Shown here piece by piece: positions 11,087 through 21,290 of a stretch of 64,000 nt of DNA. The position numbers were made by a program, and so were the translations under genes. The stretch's first letter is position 1, and every line of letters starts with the position of its first letter. The stretch comes from a virus (Duplodnaviria > Caudoviricetes). The stretch lies in the IMG/VR virus record IMGVR_UViG_3300006922_000005, one strand, 5' to 3'. The notes beneath the pieces are model-generated. The model had not been told where the DNA came from, did not search any database, and saw only the letters and a program-made list of their open reading frames with translations.

Positions 11087-11095
11087 CTTATTCTC

Positions 11096-11650
11096 CTATT
11101 TGTCTGTTAATATAATTACCCCGCAGGCTAGTCTTTCACCTGCGTTTCCGGTTTTGAGTGATTCTTCATCTCCGCCTTTGCCAAGATCGTCCTCATCTGA
11201 ATGAACTACAATACTACGACCCACTACACTTCGTTTGCCTATAAGGTCAATACGTTCTGCAATGATGGTGAAGTCGGCTATGCCGTCTGTGTTCGCTGTA
11301 ACATTTTCTAAATCGCCAACGTGACCGTTCTGTAATCCGCCGTGATCTACATTATCCGGATTGTAGTGGCCACCAGCAGTTTCACAGCCATTTGTCAAAT
11401 CACCAAATTCGTGTATATGAAATCCATGTTTGCCCGGCTCAAGTCCTGTAATACGTCCTACAATTACAGTGCCTTCACCTTCGTTCATTTGTCTTAATAG
11501 AATAGTACCTTTTACTGTTTCACTTTGTTCTAGTTCGCACATGGCTGTAACATGTGATTGTGATTCAGTTAGTGCTGATAAGTGGTTGCACTGGCACTCA
11601 GTGGCCTTCGTTCTAAAGCAACGTTTATCTGATATCTCTTGTAATTTCAT
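11096..11650 (-). CDS. sodC: Cu/Zn superoxide dismutase
   Basis: [15 protein letters not shown]...H...[22 protein letters not shown]: all Cu/Zn ligands and catalytic Arg present; no signal peptide. Confidence 0.95.
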   Translation of the reverse strand: MKLQEISDKRCFRTKATECQCNHLSALTESQSHVTAMCELEQSETVKGTILLRQMNEGEGTVIVGRITGLEPGKHGFHIHEFGDLTNGCETAGGHYNPDNVDHGGLQNGHVGDLENVTANTDGIADFTIIAERIDLIGKRSVVGRSIVVHSDEDDLGKGGDEESLKTGNAGERLACGVIILTDK

Positions 11651-11734
11651 ACAACTATTTATTGTTCTTTTTTATACAAGTCCCATAATTTATACTTGTT
11701 TCTCCAAGTGTTCATCTCTGATGCTAACTTGTCG

Positions 11735-12847
11735 TTATGTGGTATAAACTTTAGAGGTTCTTGCTCGAGTACTTTCCGGATTGGACTGCTCTCGAATAAA
11801 ATCTCGTCCTCGCTCATAACAATATTTATGCAAATTAATACTTGCTAGATTTTTTGCTTTGCTTTCACACATGATATCTGCATATGGTAAAAATGATAAT
11901 GCCCAGTCATTAACAGCATTGTTAGGATAGTAGTCACTGTGGGCTCTTAGTTTGCCTTTCTTGTATCCTGCTTCTAATAGTGCAGGCATGTTAGGCATAG
12001 TATCGTGTGCAAACCCTTCTGGCAGTGCTTCATCTCTGCTGTATGAATAATGTATCACAGGACGCACACCACGCCACGAATCAATTACACGAGCAAATCT
12101 ATCGTCAGTGGGACGCATATATTCACCTTCACGACACCAGTGGTGGTGTATGTCCAGTACGAGGGCACAGGTGTCGACCAACTCGAGACTGTCCATGATA
12201 CCCCATTTGTTTTCATCGTTCTCAATCGTAATGCAGTTTCTCGCTTCTTGAGATAATCTTGTGTTAACTGCGTGTTTGATACCGGCTGGACCTTGTCTGC
12301 CTGATATATGGACATTGCATTTGAAGTCCTGGAAGGTCTTGCCGTATCCCATCCAGCGTATGACATCGGTGTGATATTCAAATTCTTCTACGCTCCTATT
12401 TACTATTTCCGGATTATCTGAAGCAAGGACTGTAAATTGGCCTGGGTGCATTGAGAGTCTAACATCGAGGGCTCTTGCTGTTTCTCCGACTTTCGCAAAT
12501 TCTCTCGACGCATATTCCACCACGTCAGGCTTACGCCAATAATAACTCCAATCGTGCTGGGTATAAACAGGAAGTACATCACTACCCAATCTGACCATTC
12601 TAAGTTCATCTGGCAATCCTCCTACATACTTGATAAGATTGTGGTACGCTTCAATATTGTGTACCATGATATCCCACAAGCGTTCTTCAGCAACATCTTT
12701 AGTTTGTCTATTAAGCCACTGAACTGTTGTACTACGAGTATTTAGTGGCCGCTGAATTTCTTCTAGTAGTTTTTTCTTTTGTGTTTGATCTGGATGCATG
12801 TACTTACATGCAAAGCCTAAACGTCTAACAGTTCCAGTCGAATTCAT
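11735..12847 (-). CDS. uvsE: UV damage endonuclease (UVDE)
   Basis: RLGFAC, RLSMHPGQFTVLAS, IENDE, LDIHHH, HSDY, MCESKAK motifs. Confidence 0.9.
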   Translation of the reverse strand: MNSTGTVRRLGFACKYMHPDQTQKKKLLEEIQRPLNTRSTTVQWLNRQTKDVAEERLWDIMVHNIEAYHNLIKYVGGLPDELRMVRLGSDVLPVYTQHDWSYYWRKPDVVEYASREFAKVGETARALDVRLSMHPGQFTVLASDNPEIVNRSVEEFEYHTDVIRWMGYGKTFQDFKCNVHISGRQGPAGIKHAVNTRLSQEARNCITIENDENKWGIMDSLELVDTCALVLDIHHHWCREGEYMRPTDDRFARVIDSWRGVRPVIHYSYSRDEALPEGFAHDTMPNMPALLEAGYKKGKLRAHSDYYPNNAVNDWALSFLPYADIMCESKAKNLASINLHKYCYERGRDFIREQSNPESTRARTSKVYTT

Positions 12848-13553
12848 CTTTTAGTATCTTCCAAGTTTCTTTGTAGTTCTTTACATTATAGCAGTGACCA
12901 AGGTCCTTGTCAATGATTACTTTTTTCAAAGGATAGTCATTTCCTTCTTTGTGCATTGCATCACCAAAGAAATGTAATATATCATTAACAGGATCAAAAT
13001 CTTTTATAATTTGGCTTTTATCAAAACCGTTTGGGAAAATATCCATTCCAGTTTCGCCACCTACTACTGCTTTTAATCTTGGAAAATAATTATTGAACGC
13101 CGTTGCAATAGTATTTCGTTCATCGTGCTTTGTATCATATTCTACATATAGTTTTCTTTCGCCTAATGTAGCATGACGTCCTACAATACTAAAGTTAACC
13201 ATGCCTGGTCGTTCTTCAATATGGTTACCTGTACGTAATGGAAATGTACTTTCCTCTAGTTTAGACTCTAACCAATGTCGTGTATCTTTAGGTAATATCC
13301 AAGAACTTGTATGAATATTTTTTTCGCCTTTGTATATATCACAGCCACTGCAATTATATACAAGTTCAGCCATGCCGTACAGTCTATCGCCTATTTGTTC
13401 AACTGTTTTAGGTCTATCACTACCTGTAACAAGGTATACATAATTAGTTTTACAAAAATGAAAAAAGAACTTTTCAAACTCAGGATCAATCTTCCCTCTA
13501 CTAGGAGTAAGTGTTCCGTCTACATCAAAAATAAATCTGTTTACAACTGTCAT
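12825..13553 (-). CDS. HAD-IIB hydrolase, eukaryotic-type phosphomannomutase-like
   Basis: FDVDGTLT, VTGSD, NFSIVGR, GGETGMDI, FFGD...GNDYP; ATGA coupling at 13550-13553. Confidence 0.8.
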   Translation of the reverse strand: MTVVNRFIFDVDGTLTPSRGKIDPEFEKFFFHFCKTNYVYLVTGSDRPKTVEQIGDRLYGMAELVYNCSGCDIYKGEKNIHTSSWILPKDTRHWLESKLEESTFPLRTGNHIEERPGMVNFSIVGRHATLGERKLYVEYDTKHDERNTIATAFNNYFPRLKAVVGGETGMDIFPNGFDKSQIIKDFDPVNDILHFFGDAMHKEGNDYPLKKVIIDKDLGHCYNVKNYKETWKILKDEFDWNC

Positions 13554-14428
13554 GTCCAATTATTCCTTACCCACGGATCTTCACACATATGAGGATTTGG
13601 GTCACCGTGAAAGACACAAATACAACATTGACTAGGTGGTACTACATCTTCTACTTTACTAAATTTTCTATTACCTTTTGCACCGCTTTGTAAAGATCTA
13701 TCTTTACGTATTTCCCATTTCCAACTTTGTATCCATTCATCAGGCCAAGTTTTGGCTGTACCTTTTGCCGCTGTCCATAACCAGTCTTGATCTCCAAAGT
13801 GTTTTTGGATAATTGCTTTTGGATCTTTAATAAAGTCTGTCCATACATGATTGAGTTGACCTAACTTAAATCTAATTACAGAACTATTATACTTTTCCCA
13901 TTTAGGTTGCATTGCTCTTGTAAAATCTCTGATAACACACCAATCATCTGTTTCGTATTCAAACAATTTATTTAGGTTACCACTAATAACTACATCAAGA
14001 TCCATATATAAAATTGTACTATCTTGTGCTAGAGGTAAATTTGCACTATACATATATGGTTTACACCACCAACCTGAAAGTTCTTTTGGTAACTCTAAAC
14101 ATTGAATGTCTTTATCTAAGCCTCTAGGATCATCTGTAAGACAAACAAACTTAAAAGGAATAGTTAGGTTACGTTTTACCATACTGTACAATACATTTAC
14201 ATATTGACTAGAATATTTGTTACCGTGTTTTAAACATAATACATAATTTTGTTTATGTAATTTATCAGGTGCACGTTCTCCATAAAGTTCTTGCCAATCT
14301 TTTGTTTTTTGTTCTTCACTAGCAATGCGTAACTTGGCTTCTAATTTATCTTGCTTTTCTTTTCGACGCTTTTCACGAATAATTTTCCACTGTTCTTTTG
14401 TGTATTGTGATTTGTCTAGTTTTGCCAT
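13550..14428 (-). CDS. Glycosyltransferase (GT-A, GT8-like) with basic N-terminal extension
   Basis: LYMDLDVVI (DxD), NSSVIRF, GDQDWL, VFHGDPNP. Confidence 0.75.
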   Translation of the reverse strand: MAKLDKSQYTKEQWKIIREKRRKEKQDKLEAKLRIASEEQKTKDWQELYGERAPDKLHKQNYVLCLKHGNKYSSQYVNVLYSMVKRNLTIPFKFVCLTDDPRGLDKDIQCLELPKELSGWWCKPYMYSANLPLAQDSTILYMDLDVVISGNLNKLFEYETDDWCVIRDFTRAMQPKWEKYNSSVIRFKLGQLNHVWTDFIKDPKAIIQKHFGDQDWLWTAAKGTAKTWPDEWIQSWKWEIRKDRSLQSGAKGNRKFSKVEDVVPPSQCCICVFHGDPNPHMCEDPWVRNNWT

Positions 14429-15087
14429 CTATCAATGTCCTCGGGAGTGTTTATTTCTACTCCATTAAAATCAGCATGTAGGCATCCTATATCCCAACCT
14501 GCTTTAAGCCAGCGTAATTGCTCTAACTTCTCAACTTGTTCTTCTTGTTCAATTTCGTAAGTATTATAAAATTCTAATACGTTGCGTGAGTATCCGTATA
14601 TACCTAAATGCCAATGTCCGTATCCTGTAATACCTCTACCAAACCATAATGCTTTATCGCCTGATCGAATCATCTTAACACTATTAGGATCGTCTTGCAT
14701 TTCTTTGGGCATGTCTGTCCACAACGTAGTTATTTGATAATGTTGCAAATGCCATATGCATCGCTCTATCATTTGTAATGTTACATCAGGCATATCACCT
14801 TGTACATTTACAAACTGATCATACTCGTCTAGTAATGCACTTTTCTTAACTGCACCTGCAATTCGTTCAGTACCATTTTCATAATCATCATTGTCCATAA
14901 TACAATTTGGACCAATAACATTATAAATGTCTTGATGATCAGTAAGCACGTATGTTGGTATCTTAGACGCTGTACAAGCGTCATACACTCGCTTTATCAT
15001 AGGAACACCATTAAGCATAGCAAGTGGTTTACCAGGAAAGCGTGTGCTACCGTATCTAGCCGGTATAAGAATAGCGGTGGATTTCAT
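14416..15087 (-). CDS. kdsB: CMP-Kdo synthetase
   Basis: IPARYGSTRFPGKPLA, NGTERI, NVQGD, HLGIYGY, LEQLRWL. Confidence 0.92.
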   Translation of the reverse strand: MKSTAILIPARYGSTRFPGKPLAMLNGVPMIKRVYDACTASKIPTYVLTDHQDIYNVIGPNCIMDNDDYENGTERIAGAVKKSALLDEYDQFVNVQGDMPDVTLQMIERCIWHLQHYQITTLWTDMPKEMQDDPNSVKMIRSGDKALWFGRGITGYGHWHLGIYGYSRNVLEFYNTYEIEQEEQVEKLEQLRWLKAGWDIGCLHADFNGVEINTPEDIDRWQN

Positions 15088-15835
15088 CTACTACCTTTTC
15101 AAAGTCTTTTAAATGTAATGCGTTTGGACCATCACTAGGTGCATTGTCTGGATCATGATGAACTTCTAAAAAGAAATTTCTGACCCCAAGAGCACTCCCA
15201 GCACGAGCCAACCCAGGCACATAATCACGATTGCCGCCGCTACTAGTCCCGTGTCCTCCGGGTTTTTGGACAGAGTGCGTAACATCAAACACGACATCAG
15301 CATCAATATTGTTGAGCATATAGTCAAGACCAGTATAATCCACCACAAGAGTGTTATATCCAAAACTAGTTCCCCTTTCAGTTATCCAAACTTCTTTTGC
15401 ACCTTCTGTTTTTGAAAGTATATTATCAACGTCCCAAGGTGCTAGAAATTGTCCCTTTTTAATATTTACAATCTTTCCTGTTTTACATGCCGCCTGTACT
15501 AGGTCAGTTTGTCTACACAAGAATGCAGGGATTTGTAATACATCTACAATGTCATTATAGTATGCACCTATTTTAAGAATTTCATTTATGTTGTGTACAT
15601 CAGTAACTATCTTAAAAGGATTTTTTACTTTGTCTTTAATAATTGCAAAGTCATCCATAGTTGTTTTAAGACCTAAGCCTCGAATACCCTTTAGATTAGA
15701 ACGATTTGCTTTATCAAAACTTGCTTTAAAAATATATTCAATACCATATTTTCTACAAACACGACTACACTCTACAGCAATTCGTAAACTCTGTTCTAGT
15801 GTTTCATGTTGACATGGTCCTGCTATAATTCTCAA
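15056..15835 (-). CDS. kdsA: Kdo-8-phosphate synthase
   Basis: IAGPC, KASFDKANRS, QIPAFLCRQTDL, KKGQFLAP, ERGTSFGY, THSVQKPG; TTG start overlapping upstream TGA. Confidence 0.95.
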   Translation of the reverse strand: MRIIAGPCQHETLEQSLRIAVECSRVCRKYGIEYIFKASFDKANRSNLKGIRGLGLKTTMDDFAIIKDKVKNPFKIVTDVHNINEILKIGAYYNDIVDVLQIPAFLCRQTDLVQAACKTGKIVNIKKGQFLAPWDVDNILSKTEGAKEVWITERGTSFGYNTLVVDYTGLDYMLNNIDADVVFDVTHSVQKPGGHGTSSGGNRDYVPGLARAGSALGVRNFFLEVHHDPDNAPSDGPNALHLKDFEKVVDEIHRYSYTG

Positions 15836-16161
15836 TGGTTTCTCCCTCCATCGAACACACAAATAAAATATAAATCATCATGCATACCTGCATGTACACG
15901 ATGGAATACACCGTCTTTGATTAATACTGTATCACCTGGTTGTACTTTAATTGTTTCATCATCAAGTTCCATTTTACCAACACCTTCAATAAACATATAC
16001 ACTTCTTCTTGTCCGTCGTGTTTATGTCCTCTAGTGCTTTTTCTTCTGTTTAGTCTAGTACTTGATACAACTAAATTATTAAGTTCTGTATTGTCTTTTA
16101 CAATATAGTTTTCATCTTCTTTAACTATTTTGCCTCCGACTCTCCAATGTGTATATCTCAT
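15832..16161 (-). CDS. Cupin-domain protein
   Basis: GHKH...EEVY..IEG.G and GVFHRV cupin motifs; start refined to ATG after queD stop. Confidence 0.75.
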   Translation of the reverse strand: MRYTHWRVGGKIVKEDENYIVKDNTELNNLVVSSTRLNRRKSTRGHKHDGQEEVYMFIEGVGKMELDDETIKVQPGDTVLIKDGVFHRVHAGMHDDLYFICVFDGGRNH

Positions 16162-16162
16162 A

Positions 16163-16633
16163 TTATGCCTCGAGTATAGATCTTCGAGCCTCATAAATTG
16201 CTGAATTAGCACCGTGTTCTGCACACTCAACTCTTACAACATAACAACGATTGTTGCTTTGTTCTCTAATCAGTTTGTCTGCAAAGTTAAAGGCATGTTC
16301 AGCAAACTTCTCTGCACCAACACCATCAAAGACTCTAATCTCTGCAAGGTCAAGTGCTTCAAGTTGTTCCATTACATCCATGTGCGGATCTCGTTTGTCA
16401 ACTGCTACTTTATGATCAAAGTTATCTTCAAGCCATGCTTTGATTTGTTTTAGTCCACCAAAGTCTACTGCCCAATTTTTATTGTCTAGTTCTTTGCAAC
16501 CAAATGTAAATGTAAATGCTAGACTATAACCATGTAACAGATGGCAGTGTGAATGATCTGCGTTAGGTTGTCTGAACACCGCTGATAAACCAATGTTGTG
16601 TCCGTAATGTTTTGTACTATAATGTATTCCCAT
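16163..16633 (-). CDS. queD: 6-pyruvoyl/6-carboxy-tetrahydropterin synthase (QueD-like)
   Basis: HCHLLHGY, VDFGGLK, FDHK, GAEKFAE, EHGANSA. Confidence 0.88.
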   Translation of the reverse strand: MGIHYSTKHYGHNIGLSAVFRQPNADHSHCHLLHGYSLAFTFTFGCKELDNKNWAVDFGGLKQIKAWLEDNFDHKVAVDKRDPHMDVMEQLEALDLAEIRVFDGVGAEKFAEHAFNFADKLIREQSNNRCYVVRVECAEHGANSAIYEARRSILEA

Positions 16634-16754
16634 AATTTTCTCCTACTTGTATTATTTTATGGGCGGCAGAATTAGAAGGGTTGACGCCAAGTCCTTGATG
16701 TATGTATATATGCCAATTTACCTGTTGGTGAAAATTTTCTATAAACATAGCACT

Positions 16755-16782
16755 ATTATAGCAGATTATTTGTTTTTGTCAA
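16755..16782 (-). promoter_or_regulatory. Sigma70-type promoter upstream of queD
   Basis: TTGACA-16-TATAAT. Confidence 0.7.
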
Positions 16783-17383
16783 TAAGTTTTTTTAAATTTT
16801 CGTAATTATCGATAAAAAAATTATCAAAATGATCCCATTGTTCTGGTGGTTCCCATTCGTCAGGCTGTATTTGTAAAAACTTTATATTAGGATAGTGTTC
16901 AAACAGTTTAGCAGTTTGATATATCCAATAACTAGGATCAGTAGCAGGCTTATCTTGATTGTTATAATTATCTGTGCTTTTATATACGTTATTAAATGTG
17001 TTATTATTACCCCATAAATCAAATCCTAGCATCACTACATACTCAGGTTGAATAGTACATGCCAAGTTTAATGCATGTCCTCCACTTCCCCAATGCCACG
17101 GATCGTCTTGTCGCTTTTCGCCTTGGTATGGAAGTTCTGGTAAGCACAATACATTACGCCAAAAACTAAATTGCTTGTACCAATCGCTTCTAGTGTGTAC
17201 AGGATTTTCGTATGAATTGTTTACTGCTTCTTGTACCATACGTCTGTCACAGCAAACTAATTGATCTGGATGAAAGTCTCTATGAACAGCATTAGTTCCA
17301 ATAGTACTTCCTAACCATTCCAATGTATACAGGTCAAAATTCTTACGGCTTTCCCCGTTGCCTATAACGGTAACATACTTCAT
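16766..17383 (-). CDS. Putative CstII/GT42- or Maf-like sugar transferase
   Basis: VIGNGESR...IGTN...VMLGFDL resembles the GNGPS...RCN...GIDF scaffold of CMP-sugar transferases. Confidence 0.5.
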   Translation of the reverse strand: MKYVTVIGNGESRKNFDLYTLEWLGSTIGTNAVHRDFHPDQLVCCDRRMVQEAVNNSYENPVHTRSDWYKQFSFWRNVLCLPELPYQGEKRQDDPWHWGSGGHALNLACTIQPEYVVMLGFDLWGNNNTFNNVYKSTDNYNNQDKPATDPSYWIYQTAKLFEHYPNIKFLQIQPDEWEPPEQWDHFDNFFIDNYENLKKLIDKNK

Positions 17384-17391
17384 AAGTGTAT

Positions 17392-17730
17392 TTACTTGCC
17401 GCGAATGTCTTTGACTAAGTTTTTAATATCACGTATTTCGGATAATACGGTTTGAACATTTAATTCTGCTTTTGCTGTTCTGTCTGCAATAGTGCCAATA
17501 GTATGTACTGTCCAAAACCACCATGTAACAGCCGTCATAGCAAATACACCTGCACCAATGCCGGCAATAATTTGCCAATCGATTGATCCAAAGTACCATA
17601 ATACTATTCCGATTATAATATATAAGATAGGCGATACCTTAGCGTACAAGTCCCACCATCGTACATCACGTTTGATCTTATCAGGCTCGTTTTGAAAATT
17701 TTTAAAAATTATTGTCTTATTATTGCTCAT
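17392..17730 (-). CDS. Two-TM membrane protein with C-terminal coiled coil
   Basis: Start refined to 17730 (TAAATA-N5-ATG); two hydrophobic helices. Confidence 0.65.
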   Translation of the reverse strand: MSNNKTIIFKNFQNEPDKIKRDVRWWDLYAKVSPILYIIIGIVLWYFGSIDWQIIAGIGAGVFAMTAVTWWFWTVHTIGTIADRTAKAELNVQTVLSEIRDIKNLVKDIRGK

Positions 17731-17773
17731 ATCAATATTTATCTTTTCTAATAAAATTATTAATATGGCAGTA

Positions 17774-18871
17774 TTATGTTCCGATAAATCCCCATGGTGA
17801 CCAGTTACCCGGTGTACCACTGGCTGTACATACCCAACCAATGGGAGCAGTATTTTTTGGATTTTCATTCCACACTGTGTCACCTTTGTTCCAGTGTCCG
17901 TTAGTTGGCGGCTTGTCCGCAACCATAAACAAACGATTTTGAAAACGTATGTTACCTGCAACTTCTAAATCCTCTGAAGGATTTTTTACACCAATGCCTA
18001 GTTTACCGTAAACACGATGTGTACTGCTAGTATTGCCTTCTTGACCAATTGTAACATCACCATTAAAACTTACTTTAATACGTGCTTGGTCATCTGTTAT
18101 TATACGTAAATTTTTATTATTATATGTTCCAATTTTAGCATCACCATCCTCAGCATCAATAATAATATTAGTGTCATTAGCAAAGTTATATACTGCTAAA
18201 TCGCCTGCAGGTTTATCTGTACCAATACCTAGTCTATCTAAGTTGGGATCAAAGAACAATGTTTCAGCAACACTTAGACGTCCTGCAACATTTAAATTAC
18301 GTAAAGTGCCTACTTCTTGTAAACTACTTTTACGAACAGTTCCGCCTAGTGTATCAAATGATAATACATCATTGCCGTCAATCATAAACGAACGATCTTT
18401 ATGTATGTCTATAGGTTCGGTAGACCAAAATCTATCTGGATTGTTTTTGTAAATGAATTGTTTACTATATTTGCCACCACTCCATAAGAAGCCTGTGCCA
18501 ACATTTGATTTACGTTTGTTTTTGTGTGTGAATTCTATAAACTGACGTTCTGTTTTTTCATCAGCAATAAGTTCTTTAGTAACAAGACTGTCAACTTCTA
18601 GTGTACCTTTTACATGAACATTACCAACAAAGTCTGCGTTACCTTGTACTTGTATATCGCCCATAAGTGCATTAGTTTTAATCTTATCAACAACAACAAA
18701 TCCGTCCATTATAGTTAAAACAGTTGCAGTTGCTTTGTCTAGTATACCTACAGAACTAAAATCTTGTAGTGGGCCACCTTTGATCCATTCCCCGTTAAAC
18801 TCGCCTGATTTTAAATCAAGTTGTTCAACTCTAATCCCTTCGGGTTTGTCACCAAAAGTGGCCACAGGCAT
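17774..18871 (-). CDS. Tail fibre/spike-like structural protein
   Basis: RLGIG/KLGIG repeats; C-terminal W.KGD.VWN..P....GWVC..SGTPG.W domain as seen in tailspikes. Confidence 0.55.
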   Translation of the reverse strand: MPVATFGDKPEGIRVEQLDLKSGEFNGEWIKGGPLQDFSSVGILDKATATVLTIMDGFVVVDKIKTNALMGDIQVQGNADFVGNVHVKGTLEVDSLVTKELIADEKTERQFIEFTHKNKRKSNVGTGFLWSGGKYSKQFIYKNNPDRFWSTEPIDIHKDRSFMIDGNDVLSFDTLGGTVRKSSLQEVGTLRNLNVAGRLSVAETLFFDPNLDRLGIGTDKPAGDLAVYNFANDTNIIIDAEDGDAKIGTYNNKNLRIITDDQARIKVSFNGDVTIGQEGNTSSTHRVYGKLGIGVKNPSEDLEVAGNIRFQNRLFMVADKPPTNGHWNKGDTVWNENPKNTAPIGWVCTASGTPGNWSPWGFIGT

Positions 18872-19098
18872 TAAACTATCTCCTCGACTATTCCTAGCAC
18901 TTCTGCTAAAAATAATACTGCTCCTCCGAGCATTAATAAAAAGCCTGAATCAGCAATAAAAATATCAGTGTACTCATTTGCTGTCCATAAAATATATCCT
19001 GCAACTGCCATTAGGCCTGATGCTATAAATCTAAATATACTTTTTACAATACTAACTGCAAAGTGTCCTTTGCTAGGGTCTTTGTTTGCTATATTCAT
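18871..19098 (-). CDS. Small membrane protein
   Basis: Two hydrophobic segments; coupled to neighbours. Confidence 0.55.
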   Translation of the reverse strand: MNIANKDPSKGHFAVSIVKSIFRFIASGLMAVAGYILWTANEYTDIFIADSGFLLMLGGAVLFLAEVLGIVEEIV

Positions 19099-19100
19099 AT

Positions 19101-19694
19101 TTAATCCCTTCTTTCGAAGATCTCATCAATTAGACCATAATCAAGTGCTTCTTGTGCAGTCATAAACTTATCACGTTCCATGTCATTACTTAATTCATCA
19201 AATGTTTTTCCTTTAGAATTATGTTTTTCATAAATGTGTGTAAGTTCTTTTTTCAACTTAATAATTTCTTCTGCATGAATTTGAATATCAGTTGCTTGTC
19301 CACTAGCACCACCACTTGGTTGATGTATCATGTGTCTAGCATGTGGTAACATATAACGTTTACCTGGCTCTCCTGCTTGTGCAAGTAGACTACCCATTGA
19401 ACATGCTTGTCCCATTACGTAAGTCCACACAGGTGATTTGATGTATTGCATAGTATCATATATTGCCATACCACTGCTTACTACACCCCCTGGTGAATTA
19501 ATATAAAAGTTAATTGGTTTATCACGGTTTTGTGATTCCAATAAAATCAATTGTGCTGTAACTGTGTGTGCTACTGCATCATGAACTGGACCGTTTAGAA
19601 AAACAATTCGTTCTTTTAATAGTCTTGAAAAGATGTCATATGCTCTTTCGCCATTCTGTTCTTTTTCAACGACCATTGGGATTAGGTTACTCAT
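19101..19694 (-). CDS. clpP: Clp protease proteolytic subunit
   Basis: LIPMVVE, INSPGG, ACSMGS (Ser), MIHQP (His), ERDKF (Asp). Confidence 0.96.
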   Translation of the reverse strand: MSNLIPMVVEKEQNGERAYDIFSRLLKERIVFLNGPVHDAVAHTVTAQLILLESQNRDKPINFYINSPGGVVSSGMAIYDTMQYIKSPVWTYVMGQACSMGSLLAQAGEPGKRYMLPHARHMIHQPSGGASGQATDIQIHAEEIIKLKKELTHIYEKHNSKGKTFDELSNDMERDKFMTAQEALDYGLIDEIFERRD

Positions 19695-20953
19695 TAATAT
19701 ACTCCTATCAGTATTGTTTCTGGGTTTATTCTACCATTCATCATAGTAGGGGTTGTTGTAAGTTTCTCAATCCAGTTTTCAAACTTTTTACGTGTATTGA
19801 GATTCTTGACTTCTTGTAATTGCTCCATAGGTTTTCGTAGAGTCCACCATACGCTTTCTTTTTCTTTATAGCGTTGTAGTGTTTGACCTTTAAGAGCCAA
19901 TCCACTTCCTTCTCTACCAGTTCCTGTTGGATCTTCCATGTTAGTATAGTATATTCCAAGTTTTCTATTCTTGCTATTAAACACAACAAGACATGTTGCT
20001 CCAATTAGTTTGTGTGGAAGAATACTTGAAATTGCGTATTTCTCATCGGAAATTTTATATTTTAGTTTTTCAGTAAGTTTTTCAGGTGACTTTCTGCTTA
20101 TTTTTCTAGGCTTTCTATTTGCTTTACTTTCTGCAATAATAGCATCACATGCACTAATAATAGAAACCATAAAGTCGTATAGTTTTTTAATATCTTTTTT
20201 GTCGTAGTGTGCATATGCTTCTTTTAGTTGTTTAGCATAATCTTTTTCTTGTTCTGAAAACTTAGAAGTATCAGGTGGATTTAATAATTCATTGTATTCG
20301 CTAATTGCTAATTCGTAAAATGCAGTTATATTTCTAGCATGTGGTTGTTTACATTGTAGTTGACGCAACTTTTGTAGGGGTTTAATCGCCTTAAAATCTT
20401 TAATCTTTTTATCTGTAAAATCATCTAATGCTTGTTCAAAGTCTCCTACCATTATAGCAACTTGATCTCTTATACGTTCTTGTATAGTAGGTTTGTGTAC
20501 TTTATCTTCTTTCTTTTGTTCTTCTTCTTTTTCTTCTACAATGTCTTGTGCAATATTAAGTATTTCACTTAACCATTTATTAATGTATTCTGAATGAGGC
20601 TTTGGAGTTCCCATTGTACCTGGAAGACTTTCCCAGTATTCATTATACTTTTGATGTACATTTGGCATACCTTGTTTTGTTAGATTACAAAGGCAACCTA
20701 ATGTACTATTAAATCTATTCTCAGGTGCTTTAGTAAGAATGTTATATTGGTCTTTCCATTCGTCACTAGTCTTTACCCAATCTAATGTATATCTTTTAAA
20801 ATCGCTATTCTTCTTTTCTAAACGATAATATTGAAATGCATGATCCTTGCATCTGCTAAAGTAGGCACCATCCCACTCTGCACTGTCCTTAAAATCAGGT
20901 ACGGATGCACTCTTCGGTCTTTTAACAAGTTGTTTTCTTTTTGCCATCAGCAT
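19694..20953 (-). CDS. Hypothetical protein (419 aa), coupled to clpP
   Basis: Long ORF with genome-typical codon use; stop overlaps clpP ATG. Confidence 0.7.
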   Translation of the reverse strand: MLMAKRKQLVKRPKSASVPDFKDSAEWDGAYFSRCKDHAFQYYRLEKKNSDFKRYTLDWVKTSDEWKDQYNILTKAPENRFNSTLGCLCNLTKQGMPNVHQKYNEYWESLPGTMGTPKPHSEYINKWLSEILNIAQDIVEEKEEEQKKEDKVHKPTIQERIRDQVAIMVGDFEQALDDFTDKKIKDFKAIKPLQKLRQLQCKQPHARNITAFYELAISEYNELLNPPDTSKFSEQEKDYAKQLKEAYAHYDKKDIKKLYDFMVSIISACDAIIAESKANRKPRKISRKSPEKLTEKLKYKISDEKYAISSILPHKLIGATCLVVFNSKNRKLGIYYTNMEDPTGTGREGSGLALKGQTLQRYKEKESVWWTLRKPMEQLQEVKNLNTRKKFENWIEKLTTTPTMMNGRINPETILIGVY

Positions 20954-21050
20954 AAAACTCCAAATAAAGTATTGTTTAAATTATATATAGTCTTTTTAAA
21001 AAAAGCAAGAGGTTTTATGAGTGAAATTGCTCAATTGTAAGGATTTGTTA

Positions 21051-21290
21051 CTATTTGTCGAAGTAAAACTTAGAACCCCATGAAGATTTAATCTTGTTGA
21101 GGATTGATGCATTACAACCAATAACCTTCTGTGTTGAATTACTATCAATAACAGTATTGTATTTGATCCAAGTCCAGAACTGAACAAAGTCTGCGTCAGT
21201 TGTTTCAGGCTTTGCTACTACTTTATATCTGTTGATTACAGGTATTTCAATAGTAAGTTTGCCTTTGTTGGTTTGTAATTGTGCTTTCAT
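21051..21290 (-). CDS. Hypothetical protein
   Basis: ORF abutting upstream gene. Confidence 0.55.
   Translation of the reverse strand: MKAQLQTNKGKLTIEIPVINRYKVVAKPETTDADFVQFWTWIKYNTVIDSNSTQKVIGCNASILNKIKSSWGSKFYFDK

Noticed and set aside
16617-16748. 43-codon leaderless uORF overlapping the queD start, with 12 Asn/His/Tyr (queuosine-decoded) codons
   Set aside because: NAY codons are common in AT-rich sequence, so the excess is modest, and there is no terminator or attenuator structure. Kept only as a note for Ribo-seq.
17731-17961. N-terminal extension of ORF 17392..17961
   Set aside because: Overlaps the preceding gene in another frame; the real start at 17730 fits TAAATA-N5-ATG.
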